A stretch of 63,084 nt of DNA, filler included, from Octopus bimaculoides (GCF_001194135.2; 7 parts of 6 records of this genome joined end to end with filler, not necessarily neighbours in it); one strand, 5' to 3'. Positions 24,070-36,854 are shown, counted from the whole stretch's first letter. The notes: generated from the letters alone by a model not told the origin. Numbers and translations are program-made.

Positions 24070-25680
24070 ATATATATATGTTGTATTTGGGGATGGTCAT
24101 GTTGCCAGTTTAGCCAATAAAAACACACACACTATATATTTGGTGTTAATTTGCTTCAGCTTTATATTACATTAATTGTATTTCGGCCAGAGTTCTTTCG
24201 TCACACTTCTGTGACCTCATCAGTGGTCCTTTGCTTTCTTCTTTCTTATATGTGTGTCCCTCCTTACTAACGATCAGCCATTTTGTATTCCTAATGTATG
24301 TGTCTATATATGCGCATGCGTATCCCTCTATGTGTGTCTATGTTTTGTAAGTGCATGTTTGTGTATGGGGAGTGCCTGTATTATCTGTATCCCCTGTTAA
24401 TACATATTCGTTTAAGTTTGTTTTTATTGTTCATGTGTTTATACCTATTTTTTGTGTTGTTGTTTTTTTTTGTATTTAATTTAATTTTGTTAACATATGT
24501 AGTTATTTAATTCTATTTGTTTATCTATGTATTGTATTATATTTTGTTCATATTGCTATAAGTTTATGGGGATTTTATTGTCATATCTTGTGGTTTGTTG
24601 GTGGGGTGCTAGTGTTCCATTCCAGTTTCCTATTCAGGCTAGGTATATCTTCTATTATGTGTATATCATGTTCTTGTCTTTATAAGCACGCTCTATGCAC
24701 CTTATGCTGTAAACTACATTTTTTGTTCTAGAGTTAATGCCTGGGTTAATCTCATATATCATGCAGAAGTCATTGGTGCATGTGGTACATAGCAGTGATC
24801 TGATTGAGCTCTCTGACTTTTCAACGATCTTAATGTTGAGTCTGACCTCCTTCAGAGCTTTCTCAAATCATCTGGCTAGTTCTTCATGGGCTGTGGCCAC
24901 TACATACATCACTCCTTGATATTTGTTGGTCTTGTACCACGTGGTACAAGACCAACAAATATTATAACATTACATATAATGTTATATAACTTCTTTCTAG
25001 CTCCCCTATATATCCGAACACTATCTTTCTGATCATATCCAGAGAAATGCATGCGGTGCATGAAGTTCTGTACATGTTTCTTTCTTTCATAGGATTTGCA
25101 TAGTGGGGACACGTTGTTCATTATCCTAAGTCTGCTATCAATATGTTGATTTTGTGTCGGCCACATCTCTAGCCACACCGACACCAATGGCTACACCTTG
25201 AACCTGCATGTATAGTTTCCTGTTGGACTTTACTATGTGGTTTTTCAAGGCTGTTCTTATGCTAGTCCCTATTGCATGTGCAATCATTTTTTTCACTTGA
25301 CTGTTGTTCTCAGGGTCCTCGGTGGATATGATCCAGCGCTTTGCGGTGCTTTTCTACATTGCCGATGTGATGGTGGGTGGTCTTTCACTCTGTGACCTGT
25401 GGGGCAGTATCTATTAAGGTCACGGTTGTGTAGGTAGTTACTGTCATAGCTTAGTTGAAGGAAGTGGAGGATCAGTTCCCGCGTGTTGACTTCACGGAAC
25501 CCTACTTCACTCTCACAGATAATCTCAATGCATTTTTCCACAGTAAAATCTATGTCTATAGATGGGTAGAGTGAAACTACATCCATACTGCCCACTAAAC
25601 AACCTGTGAGGTCGTTGGAGTACTTGAAACTACCGATTCTACAGAGGAGATCCTCCGTGCTCACACAGATATCTGGAGAG
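24070..25680 (-). mobile_element. Penelope-like element remnant (RT, GIY-YIG and HHR-bearing terminal repeat)
   Basis: RT motifs LVGSMDVVSLYPSID and KLYMQVQGVAIGVG, then HFSGY, then SRTKNVVYSIRC (GIY-YIG start); terminal block 24070-24290 is repeated at 55980-56190. Confidence 0.85.
24185..24229 (-). ncRNA. Minimal type-I hammerhead ribozyme, family B, intact core
   Basis: GGACCA-CUGAUGA-G-GUCACA(GAAG)UGUGAC-GAAAG-AA-CUC-UGGCC; stem I has 5 bp with a bulged A; predicted cut at 24190/24189. Confidence 0.8.
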
Positions 25681-25685
25681 TAAAC

Positions 25686-25735
<50 letters not shown>

Positions 25736-25759
25736 GTACATAGATAATACAGACAGACA

Positions 25760-25797
<38 letters not shown>

Positions 25798-26279
25798 GAC
25801 ATATATAGAGACACACATTCATACATAACAGACGCACGTACATAGTCACAAAAACCCATACACATAGACACACTCAAACATGCACCCACAAAGAGACAAA
25901 GGTACACACAAATACACATACAAATATGTACAAACATACACACAAACACATGAATATACAGAATATATTCATACACACATATATACAAACATGCACATGT
26001 GTATACACGTGCACATTGACGCACACACATGCACACAAACAAACAAAAAGAACACAGCTCTGATAACGAACAGAGTCAACGACTATTGAAAAGGTTACAA
26101 GACGCAACGAAAATTTTAGAAAAAACAAATTAGTAAATGAGTCGAAATGGAACTGGTGAGTGTGTTAAGTAACAAGGCACTAAAAAAGAATGACTCTTCC
26201 CAGACAAAATAAAATATGCTTCAACATACGAATTCACATAAAGAATCTTGCAAACCAAATACAAAAACGAAATACACAA

Positions 26280-26315
<36 letters not shown>

Positions 26316-26402
26316 CTATGTGCATATCTATGTATGTGTATGTGTGTGTAAAAGAATGTGTGTATATGCATATAAATACATACACACACACACACACACA
26401 CG

Positions 26403-26448
<46 letters not shown>

Positions 26449-26458
<10 letters not shown>

Positions 26459-27428
26459 GAGGGTAGAAATTGATATTAATCAATTAAAACCAGTGGTCTA
26501 GCATATTAAAAGAAATCCGAAGATTAAAATTATATTACACACAAAAATAAGAGGAATGACTAGCAAAAGTGGACTCCTATATGCTAGAAATAGATGCCGA
26601 ATCATCTAACCACGAAAAAAAAATATATGTTCTCAGTAAAAATTCAGCGACACAACAGACTGTAAAAGGGCAAGACAGATGAAAAGATACGAAATAAAAA
26701 AACGATTAACCTACGTACCATGGTTTCACCTGTTAAAATTTACATAAGTAAATATCTGCNNNNNNNNNNNNNNNNNNNNNNNNNNNNNNNNNNNNNNNNN
26801 NNNNNNNNNNNNNNNNNNNNNNNNNNNNNNNNNNNNNNNNNNNNNNNNNNNNNNNNNNNNNNNNNNNNNNNNNNNNNNNNNNNNNNNNNNNNNNNNNNNN
26901 NNNNNNNNNNNNNNNNNNNNNNNNNNNNNNNNNNNNNNNNNNNNNNNNNNNNNNNNNNNNNNNNNNNNNNNNNNNNNNNNNNNNNNNNNNNNNNNNNNNN
27001 NNNNNNNNNNNNNNNNNNNNNNNNNNNNNNNNNNNNNNNNNNNNNNNNNNNNNNNNNNNNNNNNNNNNNNNNNNNNNNNNNNNNNNNNNNNNNNNNNNNN
27101 NNNNNNNNNNNNNNNNNNNNNNNNNNNNNNNNNNNNNNNNNNNCACAAAAATAAGAGGAATGACTAGCAAAAGTGGACTCCTATATGCTAGAAATAGATG
27201 CCGAATCATCTAACCACGAAAAAAAAATATATGTTCTCAGTAAAAATTCAGCGACACAACAGACTGTAAAAGGGCAAGACAAATGAAAAAATACTAAATA
27301 AAAAAACGATTAACCTACGTACCATGGTTTTACCTGTTAAAATTTACACAAGTAAATATCTGCAGGATCGTCAGCGTAGTCCGTCCATTCGCAATGCAAT
27401 TTCCAGAACTCTACCCTCATTAATAAAT
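26449..27428 (-). mobile_element. HHR-bearing repeat (family D) with 19-bp terminal inverted sequence; two diverged copies flank a gap
   Basis: ATTTATTAATGAGGGTAGA (26449-26467) versus TCTACCCTCATTAATAAAT (27410-27428); 26535-26759 matches 27144-27363; a third partial copy lies at 52749-52955. Confidence 0.75.
27315..27379 (-). ncRNA. Type-I hammerhead motif, family D (G12A in this copy; GAAA intact in the gap-truncated copy at 26711-26759)
   Basis: CUACG-CUGACGA-U-CCUG..AUUUAC(UUGU)GUAAAU..CAGG-U-[G/A]AA-ACCAUGGU-A-CGUAG. Confidence 0.75.
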
Positions 27429-28117
27429 TTTATATAATAATGTTCTCAAACCGGTAAATTAGCTGTAAAAATTTATTAACTGCAGAATTATTTCCGGACT
27501 TAGCGCGCCAGATTGAAGACATTTGAAATGATACACTGAATGTAATTTGTAGAACTCTANNNNNNNNNNNNNNNNNNNNNNNNNNNNNNNNNNNNNNNNN
27601 NNNNNNNNNNNNNNNNNNNNNNNNNNNNNNNNNNNNNNNNNNNNNNNNNNNNNNNNNNNNNNNNNNNNNNNNNNNNNNNNNNNNNNNNNNNNNNNNNNNN
27701 NNNNNNNNNNNNNNNNNNNNNNNNNNNNNNNNNNNNNNNNNNNNNNNNNNNNNNNNNNNATATATATATATATATACAAACATACATACATATATATCTC
27801 TCTGTATATATAGTATATATATATACATGCATATATATACCGCTTGCGCGGAAGATTTGAAAAATTAGAATGTATAAGCATGAGGCATATAACTGATTGC
27901 CTCGTGTATATATGTTTAATCTTGGGTGTACCTGTTGACGAAGATTTCACCTACCAAATTATTTAATTTGTTAAAATAAAAATCAGAAACCAATTGGTCC
28001 AGGAAACTAGATGGTAAATGTTTTTAATTTCATTTCATTCCTTTCGAAATTCTACCAATTCGCCACCTTTTATTAATAAACAGTAATAAGAAATATATTA
28101 ATAAGTAATACAGTCAG

Positions 28118-28320
28118 AAGGCGGCGAGCTAGCAGAATCGTTAGCACACCATGCAAAATGCTTGGCTTTACTACGTTCGATTTTACGTTCTGATTTCAAA
28201 TTCCGCCGAGATTGACTTTGCCTTTCTGAGTCAATAAAATAAGTACCAGTTGAGAACTGGAACCGACTTACCGACTCCCGCCGAACTTACTGACCTTGTG
28301 CCAAAATTTGAAACCAAAAC
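28118..28320 (+). mobile_element. tRNA-derived SINE S1
   Basis: GGCGGCGAGCTAGCAGAATCGTTAGCAC..CCTTGTGCCAAAATTTGAAACC. Confidence 0.85.
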
Positions 28321-28689
28321 GTAATACAGATAGAGAAGGGGAAACAGAAGCTAATCTAAAAGTGACATAAGTGCAAAGTTCAAAAAACAACCCACAGATT
28401 CAATATTGAACACTTTTCAAAGTCCTATGGTGATAGAGGCGTGGCGACGTATGCAGACTTGACCGGTCGGAAGCATACAGTAACAAATCTGCACACAAGG
28501 CAGCAGGGTTCTTATCTTAACATCGCTAACATGCTTTCATGGACAGGAACTATTTTCGGTGGAGAATCCTGTGTCTAAACAGCCCTTTTAAGGAGAACAC
28601 TGCTCACCTGGTTATACTGGGAAGGTGCTAGAAAAGATGCACTGAAGATTATCTGTCTTCTTACTGCTGGTTAGTTTACTGCAGCTAAC

Positions 28690-31600
28690 GGTGGTTCAAT
28701 TTAGCAGGAATGAACAAAGAATTGATATAAACAATGATAAAAAATATGCAAGGAATAAGATTTCTCTTAACCTGGCCTGTTGGAATGTGAGAACTCTTTT
28801 AGATCGAGCAGATAGGCCTGAAAAAAGAACAGCTCTAGTAGCTAAGGAGCTAAAGTGTCTTAATGTTGATATTGCAGCTCTTTCTGAAACAAGATGTTCA
28901 GATGAAGACCATCTTGTCGAAAGAGCGGCAGGCTTCACATTATTCTGGGTTGGGAAGCCAAAGAGAGAGAAAAGGGAAGGTGGTGTTGGGTTTGCAATTA
29001 GAAGTGATTTGCTAAAAGACCTAGAACGACCACAAAGCATAAATACACGCATAATGAAACCACAGATCCCTCTTTATTGTGGACGTTTTGTAACTTCTTT
29101 CTATATTTATGCTCCTACACTTTCAGCTAGTGAAGAAAATATCTATGCATTTTATGAGGAGCTTAGAAAAAGTATTCTGTCCGTAGCTTTGAAGTTGGTT
29201 GTGCTTGGCGACTTTAATGCACGTGTTGGTAGAGACTATGGTGCTTGGAATGTACTTGGGCGTTATGGAATAGGAATGGGGAACAACAATAGGTTGCATC
29301 TGCTACAAATTTGCTCTAAGCTAGGGTTGATTGTTGGGAATACTTTCTTTCATCATAAGGTGAAACCTAAAGTTACCTAGATTCACCCAAGATCAAAGCA
29401 AGGTCACATGATTGACTTTGTTTTAATTTGGAACGCTCACTCACAAGATTTGTCCTGGCTCAGAGTATTGCGAGGTGCTGATTGTGATACTGATCAAAAA
29501 ATGGTTAGAGTCAAGTTCAAGTTCAGGGTCCGTAAGAAGATTCGTAGTGTTGGTGTACGAGTACCAAAGGAAATTGATGTAGAGCAGCTAAAACAACCAC
29601 AAGTTTTGCAGTTGTTTCAGAAGAGATGCAGCAATGTTCATTTTGAAGGTTCATGGCAATCTTCCTGTGATGGAATATATAAAAAATAGGATCAGGTATT
29701 AGGTTTTAAGAGGAGACAACACTAAGATTGGTTTGATTCCAATGATACAGTGATAAATGAGCTTTTAGCAACAAAGTGGTCCACTCGTGAAAAGCTTCTT
29801 GACCCAAACGTTAAGAACAAAGTGCAACTAGAAAAGTTGTACAAGTCTCAGAAAGCAGACTTGCAAAAAAGAACTCAGGAGGCTTAAAGACACTTAGTGA
29901 AGAAATTTGTCTGAGGAAGTACAGGCAGCCTACGACAGGAGAGACATTAAAAGGCTCTATAGTTTATTGTGGCAAGCTTTTGGATCACAATTTTCATCAT
30001 CATATGTTCCCTTGAAGTCGAAAGGCGGAGATGAGGTTATTAAAGATACTCTTGGAATAATGAATAGATGGAGAGAACATTTTGCAGATCTTTTCCACAA
30101 TCCGTCTGTAGTGAACACTGATATCATAAACAACATTCTGCAAAGAGACTTAGTGCAACATATGAATGATACACCTTCCATTGAACAAGTAAGTCTGGCA
30201 TTATGTAAACTGAGATCAGGTAAAGCTCCTGGATTGGATAGTATTCCAGTTGAAATTCCGAAAGCAGGTGGGGATCATATTGCATCTGAAATTCATAACC
30301 TGATAACTCGAGTTTGGAATGAATCTTCTGTGCCACAAGAATGGATAAATGGCATTCTAATCTCTGTATACAAGGGTAAGGGCTCGAAAGCAGTATGTGG
30401 TAATTCTCGAGAGATAACTGTTCTGGCACATACCGGGAAGATACTTCCGAGGATCATGTTAGATCGTCTTGTTGAGAATGTGTGTCCACATGTGATTCCT
30501 GAAGAACAATGTGGTTTCAGTCCTGAGCGAGAAACAATGGACATGATATTTTCTGTGAGGCAGGTTCAAGATAAATGCTTAGAGGAACAAATGCAGGTTT
30601 TCATAGATTTAACTAAGGCATTTGACACGGTTAACAGAGGCACTGTGGATTGTTTTGTGTAAACTTGGCCGTCCAACACATTTTGTGAGCATTTTTAAGG
30701 AACTACACAGAAACATGAAAGCTCAGGTAGCCTTTAATGGTGAGCTATCTCATGAATTTTTGGTGGACAACGTGTCAAACAGGGTGATATTCATGCTCTT
30801 ACACTTTTCTCTATTTATTTTGTATTACTTTGGTATGCTTTCAAGGATTGCAACAGGGGAATCGGAATCAGATTTCGGACATCTGGTCGTATTTTTAATT
30901 TGATCCGGTTTAACTGCAAAGCAAAGGCTTTCAAAATATTTGTTAGAGAATGACTTTCTGCTGATGACGCTGATTTGTTGGTACACTCAGAGGGAGATAT
31001 GCAATATTTAATGGACAGATTTTCCACTGCATGTGTACATTTCGGACTCACAATTAGTTTGGCGAAAATCAAAGTAATGTTTAGTCCCGTGCCAGGACAA
31101 ACTTATTCTGAACCAAACATTTTTGTGAATGGAACAAGGCTACAAGTCGCTGACACCTTTGTTTACCTAGGAAGCCACACTATCAAGAAATGGTAGACTT
31201 GATGCAGAGACATACTATCGAATAGGGAAGGGAAGTGTTGCATTTGGAAAGCTCGAAAAGCGAGTATGGGCAGATAGAAGTTTTCCCTGCAGACAAAAAT
31301 CAGTGACTATAAAGCGTGTGTATTATCTGCACTTCTTTTTTCATGTGGGACATGGACCACTTACAAGCAGAAACATATCTTAGGAGTCAAGTGGGAATGT
31401 TTCATACTAGATACAGAGGTTTTGCGCATGGCACGTTGCAGCTCAATTGAACAACATGTCATCTTGGCTCAAAGGAGATGGACTGGACATGTTATTAGAA
31501 TGAAAAACGAGCCTTTGCCAAAACGTATTTCTTACTGTGAGCCTAACTCTGGTAAGCGACCACAACATAAGCTGAGGAAAAGGTATAAAAACTGTGTGAA

Positions 31601-32085
31601 GGAAAACCTGAAGCAACTAGATATGAACAAAAGTGATAAGGAAAATGATGCTCTAGATCGGAACAAGTGGAGAGGTACTGTTAGGACTGACTGTAATGCC
31701 TGGGATGAAAAGATGATTTAGCACTCTGAACTTAAAAGGACCTGTCGCAAAGGAACAATAAGAACTGTACTCAACAGTGAACATTAGGTATGTATTATAT
31801 GTAATCGTGTTCTGTTGTCAAAAGTAGGATACTTGAACCATAATGAAGTCACATGAAAATCGAAATGCCCAGATAGGTAATAATCTTGGACACCAACCAC
31901 CTCTTACAACTTGTTTCATATGTCAAAAAACTTGTTAAGATAATATCTGGAATGAAAACACCTACGCTAGTTCACAAAAACATACCTTCAGAATCAGATT
32001 CCAAAGAGCAAAGATACAGAAGAAACTTGAATAATATCTGTCACTTGTGTTTTAAACAGCAGCTGGTCTTAAAAGTCATCTAAGA
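28690..32085 (+). mobile_element. Near full-length decayed RTE-clade LINE (APE, RT and C-terminal C2H2 fingers) with (GAAA/CAAA)n tail
   Basis: APE motifs LACWNVRTL, DIAALSETR, VLGDFNARVG, MIDFVL; RT motifs GKAPGLDSIP, PEEQCGF, FIDLTKAFDTVNR, ADDA; many stops and frameshifts. Confidence 0.95.
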
Positions 32086-32411
32086 AAGAAAGAAAGAAAC
32101 AAACAAACAAACAAACAATAAGCAAAGAAACAAACAAACAAACAAACAAACAAAGTGAAATGATTCCAGTGACCTGGTCGCAGTAGCGCAAAGAAATTTT
32201 TTCACACTTCATAATGTGAACGAAAATTGAATTTAACAGTGATTAGGTTTTCTAAAATGGCCAGAACGAATCTTCCAAGATGTAATTTGTTTCGCTTTCA
32301 AACAGACGGTTGAAGATTAAGTCACATGTCAAACAAGTTCTACATCGAAACTATATACCATAAAATATTTTCAAACGTGTATACATATAGCTAGCTAGCT
32401 AGCTAGCTAGC

Positions 32412-32445
<34 letters not shown>

Positions 32446-32899
32446 CATACATACATACATACATACATACATACACACGCACACAAACGCACGCACACAC
32501 ACACACACATACACACACACATATATATATATATCATTCAGGTGGGTATTCGCAATTTACAACCGAAAGGCAACAGGTATAGTCATTACTAAAGTGACGA
32601 GGGTGATAGTGAGCACCAGCATTAATCAAATCTAAAACCAGCGCTGATATGACTCCATCTTCCTTACCGTAGGGAAAGAGCTTGTCTCCTTTGTCAGTCG
32701 TTAGAAAGATGCTCTCACGTGGCTAAGAGTTGTTTTGACTCTTATTTCTAGCAATGCTAGGACCCACTAGCAGCCTCCGCCACTTTAGTGACGGCTATAC
32801 TTCTGCCTTTCGGTTCTAAATTGCGAACAGCTAGCTTAATAATTTATATTTCTCACTTCACCAATTTTGGAAATCAACCTACGTTTACTTTGGTGTCCC

Positions 32900-32949
32900 C
32901 TATAAGGTTGACAGGGTACCTATCTATCGATACCCTGTCAACCTTATAG
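32900..32949. repeat. Perfect 19-bp inverted repeat with 12-nt loop
   Basis: CTATAAGGTTGACAGGGTA-CCTATCTATCGA-TACCCTGTCAACCTTATAG. Confidence 0.95.
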
Positions 32950-33139
32950 AGCCATGGTTCCCAAACTTTTTAGAGACGCTACCCACTATTTATGGCACCA
33001 GTTTATGGCGACCCACTTAACTCTACTGGGTAAAAACATAAATGAAAGAAACAAATTTATTTCAGATTACATTTTCATTGAGGCCTGTGAGAAGGATGAG
33101 CCTGTTTCTTGCTACGCTCAATAATAGAATTAACATCAG

Positions 33140-33310
33140 GTTAGCGTCATTTCGCTCGTCTTTACGTTCTGAGTTCAAATACCGCCGAGGTCGACTTTGC
33201 CTCTCATCCTTTCGAGGTCGATAAGATAAGTACAAGTTGAGTACTGAGGTCAATATAATCGACTTAACCCTTCTCCTGAAATTTCTGGCCTTGTTCCAAA
33301 ATTTGAAACC
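33140..33310 (+). mobile_element. SINE S1, 5'-truncated
   Basis: GTTCTGAGTTCAAATACCGCCGAGGTCGACTTTGCC..CCAAAATTTGAAACC. Confidence 0.85.
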
Positions 33311-33830
33311 GATATTATTCCAAGATCTTCAATAACGACTAATAATGTTATTGCTTTGAGATATCACGTCTTCTGATTTCTACTTCCAAGTTCATATACT
33401 TATTCAATTTCTCAAACGTTTTCAGAAGGTTGGTTTTGTCAACTGGGGCTGCAGCATTAATCAAAAGCTATGTCTTTTCAAAATGCTTTTCATAATATCT
33501 GCTCAGTTGTCCTGAATTTCTCGACCCGTCTGAACACCAAAATTCCGAAGGATGATAACTTCAGCATCCTGGTCAAGTTGTGGTGGTTTATGCTCCTACC
33601 AATTATCTATGTCGGGGAGGCTATCTTTTCGGCATATAGACTAAAGTATGTGCTCATCTACGCTGTCATATCAATGCAAGCATTCAGTTGGTGCAAGTCA
33701 GCTACACCCAAAGATTATGTAATCGATTGTCTGTAGGAGTTCGTATAGGCGGCACGATGGGCTGCTTTCATGTTTCTGGTATTTTCAAGTTGGAAGGCGC
33801 TGATCCTGAGCAGCAATAATATACTTCTCA
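33310..33830 (-). mobile_element. R4/Dong-type CCHC and RLE remnant
   Basis: Manual translation gives IIAAQDQRL..SCRL..TIDYIIFGC..EHKP..FEKLNKYMNLEVEI. Confidence 0.75.
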
Positions 33831-33842
33831 ATTATTGTTAGT

Positions 33843-34055
33843 AAGGTGGCGAGCTGGCAGAATTGTTAGAATGCCGGGTAAAATGATTACCGGCATTCCG
33901 TCTGTCTGTACATTCTAAGTTCAAATTCTGCCGAGGTCGACTTTGACTTTCATCCTTAGGAGGTCGATAAAATAAGTACCAGTTGAGCACTGGAGTCTAT
34001 ATAATGAACTTACTTCACCCTCGAAACTGCTGGCCTTGTGCCAAAATTTGAAATC
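33843..34055 (+). mobile_element. SINE S1, full length
   Basis: GGTGGCGAGCTGGCAGAATTGTTAG..GGCCTTGTGCCAAAATTTGAAA. Confidence 0.9.
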
Positions 34056-34104
34056 ATCATCATCATCATCAATATCATCATCATCATCATCATCATCATA
34101 CTCA

Positions 34105-34139
<35 letters not shown>

Positions 34140-34259
34140 TTTTTTTTTTTTTTTTTTTNNNNNNNNNNNNNNNNNNNNNNNNNNNNNNNNNNNNNNNNNN
34201 NNTTAATTAATTAANNNNNNNNNNNNNNNNNNNNNNNNNNNNNNNNNNNNNNNNNNNNT

Positions 34260-34912
34260 GTTTCCAATCAAAAAATACAGAAGGTTAAGAATAGGTTAGT
34301 TAGGTTTTCCCGTAGAATGGGCTTAGGCATCGTTTTTGAGGACGATGTAACTAAAGCCAACTTCTTAGATATTACACTTTATTTGCACGATAACTCGTAC
34401 TTCCCATACCAGAAACCATCCACCAATCTCAAGTATATTAGCCCATCCAGTAATCACGCTAGGGCAATTACTAAGAATTTAGTTAAAAATATTTCAGTTA
34501 GATCGTCTAAATTATCCGCCAATGTTGACATTTTTAACGACAAGGCTGAATTTTATAACTCTGCCTTAAAGCAGGGTATAAAGAAAAAGTTACCTACATT
34601 AATTCTGTTCAATCTCATTCTACATCTACTAATCGAGACATGGAATCTAGTTGTAATAAGAGGAGTGATTTAAATTTGATATAGATACAAACACAAAACA
34701 GAGTACAATAATTTTTTTACAGCATAAGGGAGATAGCTCTTATTTAAGCCCATTTTTCATTCTAAAGGGAATACGATGTTCTTTAGAGATAGTTCCACTT
34801 ACAATTTGACTGGTGCCTTCCGTATGGAAGGCAAATTTAATCTAATCTTCCTTTACAGTTCCGTGAAGCGGTTAGTAAGCACTTTCCCAAAAATTCTAGA
34901 TATTATTCGATT
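34260..34912 (+). mobile_element. Penelope-like RT thumb/linker remnant (a different lineage from 24070-25680)
   Basis: ANFLDITLYLHDNSYFPYQKPSTNLKYISPSSNH..IFNDKAEFYNSALKQ and later SKHFPKNSRYYSI. Confidence 0.85.
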
Positions 34913-35663
34913 NNNNNNNNNNNNNNNNNNNNNNNNNNNNNNNNNNNNNNNNNNNNNNNNNNNNNNNNNNNNNNNNNNNNNNNNNNNNNNNNNNNNNNNN
35001 NNNNNNNNNNNNNNNNNNNNNNNNNNNNNNNNNNNNNNNNNNNNNNNNNNNNNNNNNNNNNNNNNNNNNNNNNNNNNNNNNNNNNNNNNNNNNNNNNNNN
35101 NNNNNNNNNNNNNNNNNNNNNNNNNNNNNNNNNNNNNNNNNNNNNNNNNNNNNNNNNNNNNNNNNNNNNNNNNNNNNNNNNNNNNNNNNNNNNNNNNNNN
35201 NNNNNNNNNNNNNNNNNNNNNNNNNNNNNNNNNNNNNNNNNNNNNNNNNNNNNNNNNNNNNNNNNNNNNNNNNNNNNNNNNNNNNNNNNNNNNNNNNNNN
35301 NNNNNNNNNNNNNNNNNNNNNNNNNNNNNNNNNNNNNNNNNNNNNNNNNNNNNNNNNNNNNNNNNNNNNNNNNNNNNNNNNNNNNNNNNNNNNNNNNNNN
35401 NNNNNNNNNNNNNNNNNNNNNNNNNNNNNNNNNNNNNNNNNNNNNNNNNNNNNNNNNNNNNNNNNNNNNNNNNNNNNNNNNNNNNNNNNNNNNNNNNNNN
35501 NNNNNNNNNNNNNNNNNNNNNNNNNNNNNNNNNNNNNNNNNNNNNNNNNNNNNNNNNNNNNNNNNNNNNNNNNNNNNNNNNNNNNNNNNNNNNNNNNNNN
35601 NNNNNNNNNNNNNNNNNNNNNNNNNNNNNNNNNNNNNNNNNNNNNNNNNNNNNNNNNNNNNNN

Positions 35664-35689
<26 letters not shown>

Positions 35690-35702
<13 letters not shown>

Positions 35703-35910
35703 TTGTGTGTCTGTTTATGTCCCCCCAACATCGCTTGACAACCGATGCTGGAGTGTTTATGTCCCCTTAACTTAGCGGTTCGGCAAAAAGAGACCGATAG
35801 AATAAGTACTAGGCTTCGAAAGAATAAGTCCTGGGGTCGATTTGCTCGACTAAAGGCGGTGCTCCAGCATGGGCGCAGTCAAAAGACTGAAACAAGTAAA
35901 AGAGTAAGAG
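35690..35910 (+). mobile_element. SINE S2 3' half
   Basis: CATCGCTTGACAACCGATGCTGG..GGTGCTCCAGCATGG..ACTGAAACAAGTAAAAGAG. Confidence 0.85.
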
Positions 35911-36322
35911 TTAATACAAAAATCGTTCTATTTATGATAAACTGAATAACGGGCAAATGAATACACTGCATCCAGAATATATATCGTTCCATAGTTAAAA
36001 AAACGGACAAGACTGTTTCAACAAAATGATGGACATCAAATGACAAAAGAAGTATATGTCAGCAACTTGTACATAAGGCATTTAGATGCCTGAAATTATC
36101 AAGTCTATGAATTATAAAAAACTTACAGACGGGTGGTTCACACATGAAGATCGCTGTAAAGTAGAAAAGAAAAACATATGAAAATATGAGTTAACATCAT
36201 CAGATTAGTTTAATTCTTTTTTTNNNNNNNNNNNNNNNNNNNNNNNNNNNNNNNNNNNNNNNNNNNNTTAATTAATTAANNNNNNNNNNNNNNNNNNNNN
36301 NNNNNNNNNNNNNNNNNNNNNN

Positions 36323-36615
36323 NGTTTATTGAGCGAAAACACCTAAAGTTCCACGAGGCTCGGGCAGGGGATGGTGGTGAACCCTGCTGTACTCTTTCAC
36401 CACAACTTTCTCTCACTCTTTACTTCCTGTTTCTGTTGTGCCTGTAATTCAAAGGGCCAGCCTTGTCACACTCTGTGTCACGCTGAATCTCCCCGAGAAC
36501 TACGTTAAGGGTACATGTGTCTGTGGAGTGCTCAGCCATTTGCACGCTAATTTCATGAGCAGGCTGTTCCGTTGATCGGATCAACTGGAACCCTCGACGT
36601 CGTAACCGCCGATGT
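36323..36615 (+). mobile_element. Interspersed SINE-like repeat (local family S4)
   Basis: AAAGGGCC.GCCTTGTCACAC..CTGAATCTCCCCGAGAACT.CGTTAAGGGTAC..GTCGTAACCG, shared with 48310-48545. Confidence 0.75.
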
Positions 36616-36854
36616 GCGAACAAATTTATGTCAGGAAACCAGAGCAACAACTATGCTGGACTGGTTCTGCTTGCACTTGGTGTAAGCTTTGATAGGAACA
36701 TTCCACCAATATTCCTTGCCTTAAAATGTATGTATATATGCAATAACAAGAGTAGTCTCTTTATTTATCCCAGAGCATCCTATATCGATATAATGTAACG
36801 GTCACGATCACATGTGCCAGAGAGACTAAACTACATGTTAATATTGATTTCAAA

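Noticed and set aside
28430-28690. Possible HDV-like ribozyme in the RTE 5' region
   Set aside because: These are known in some RTEs, but I could not assemble the nested double pseudoknot by eye. It needs a descriptor search.
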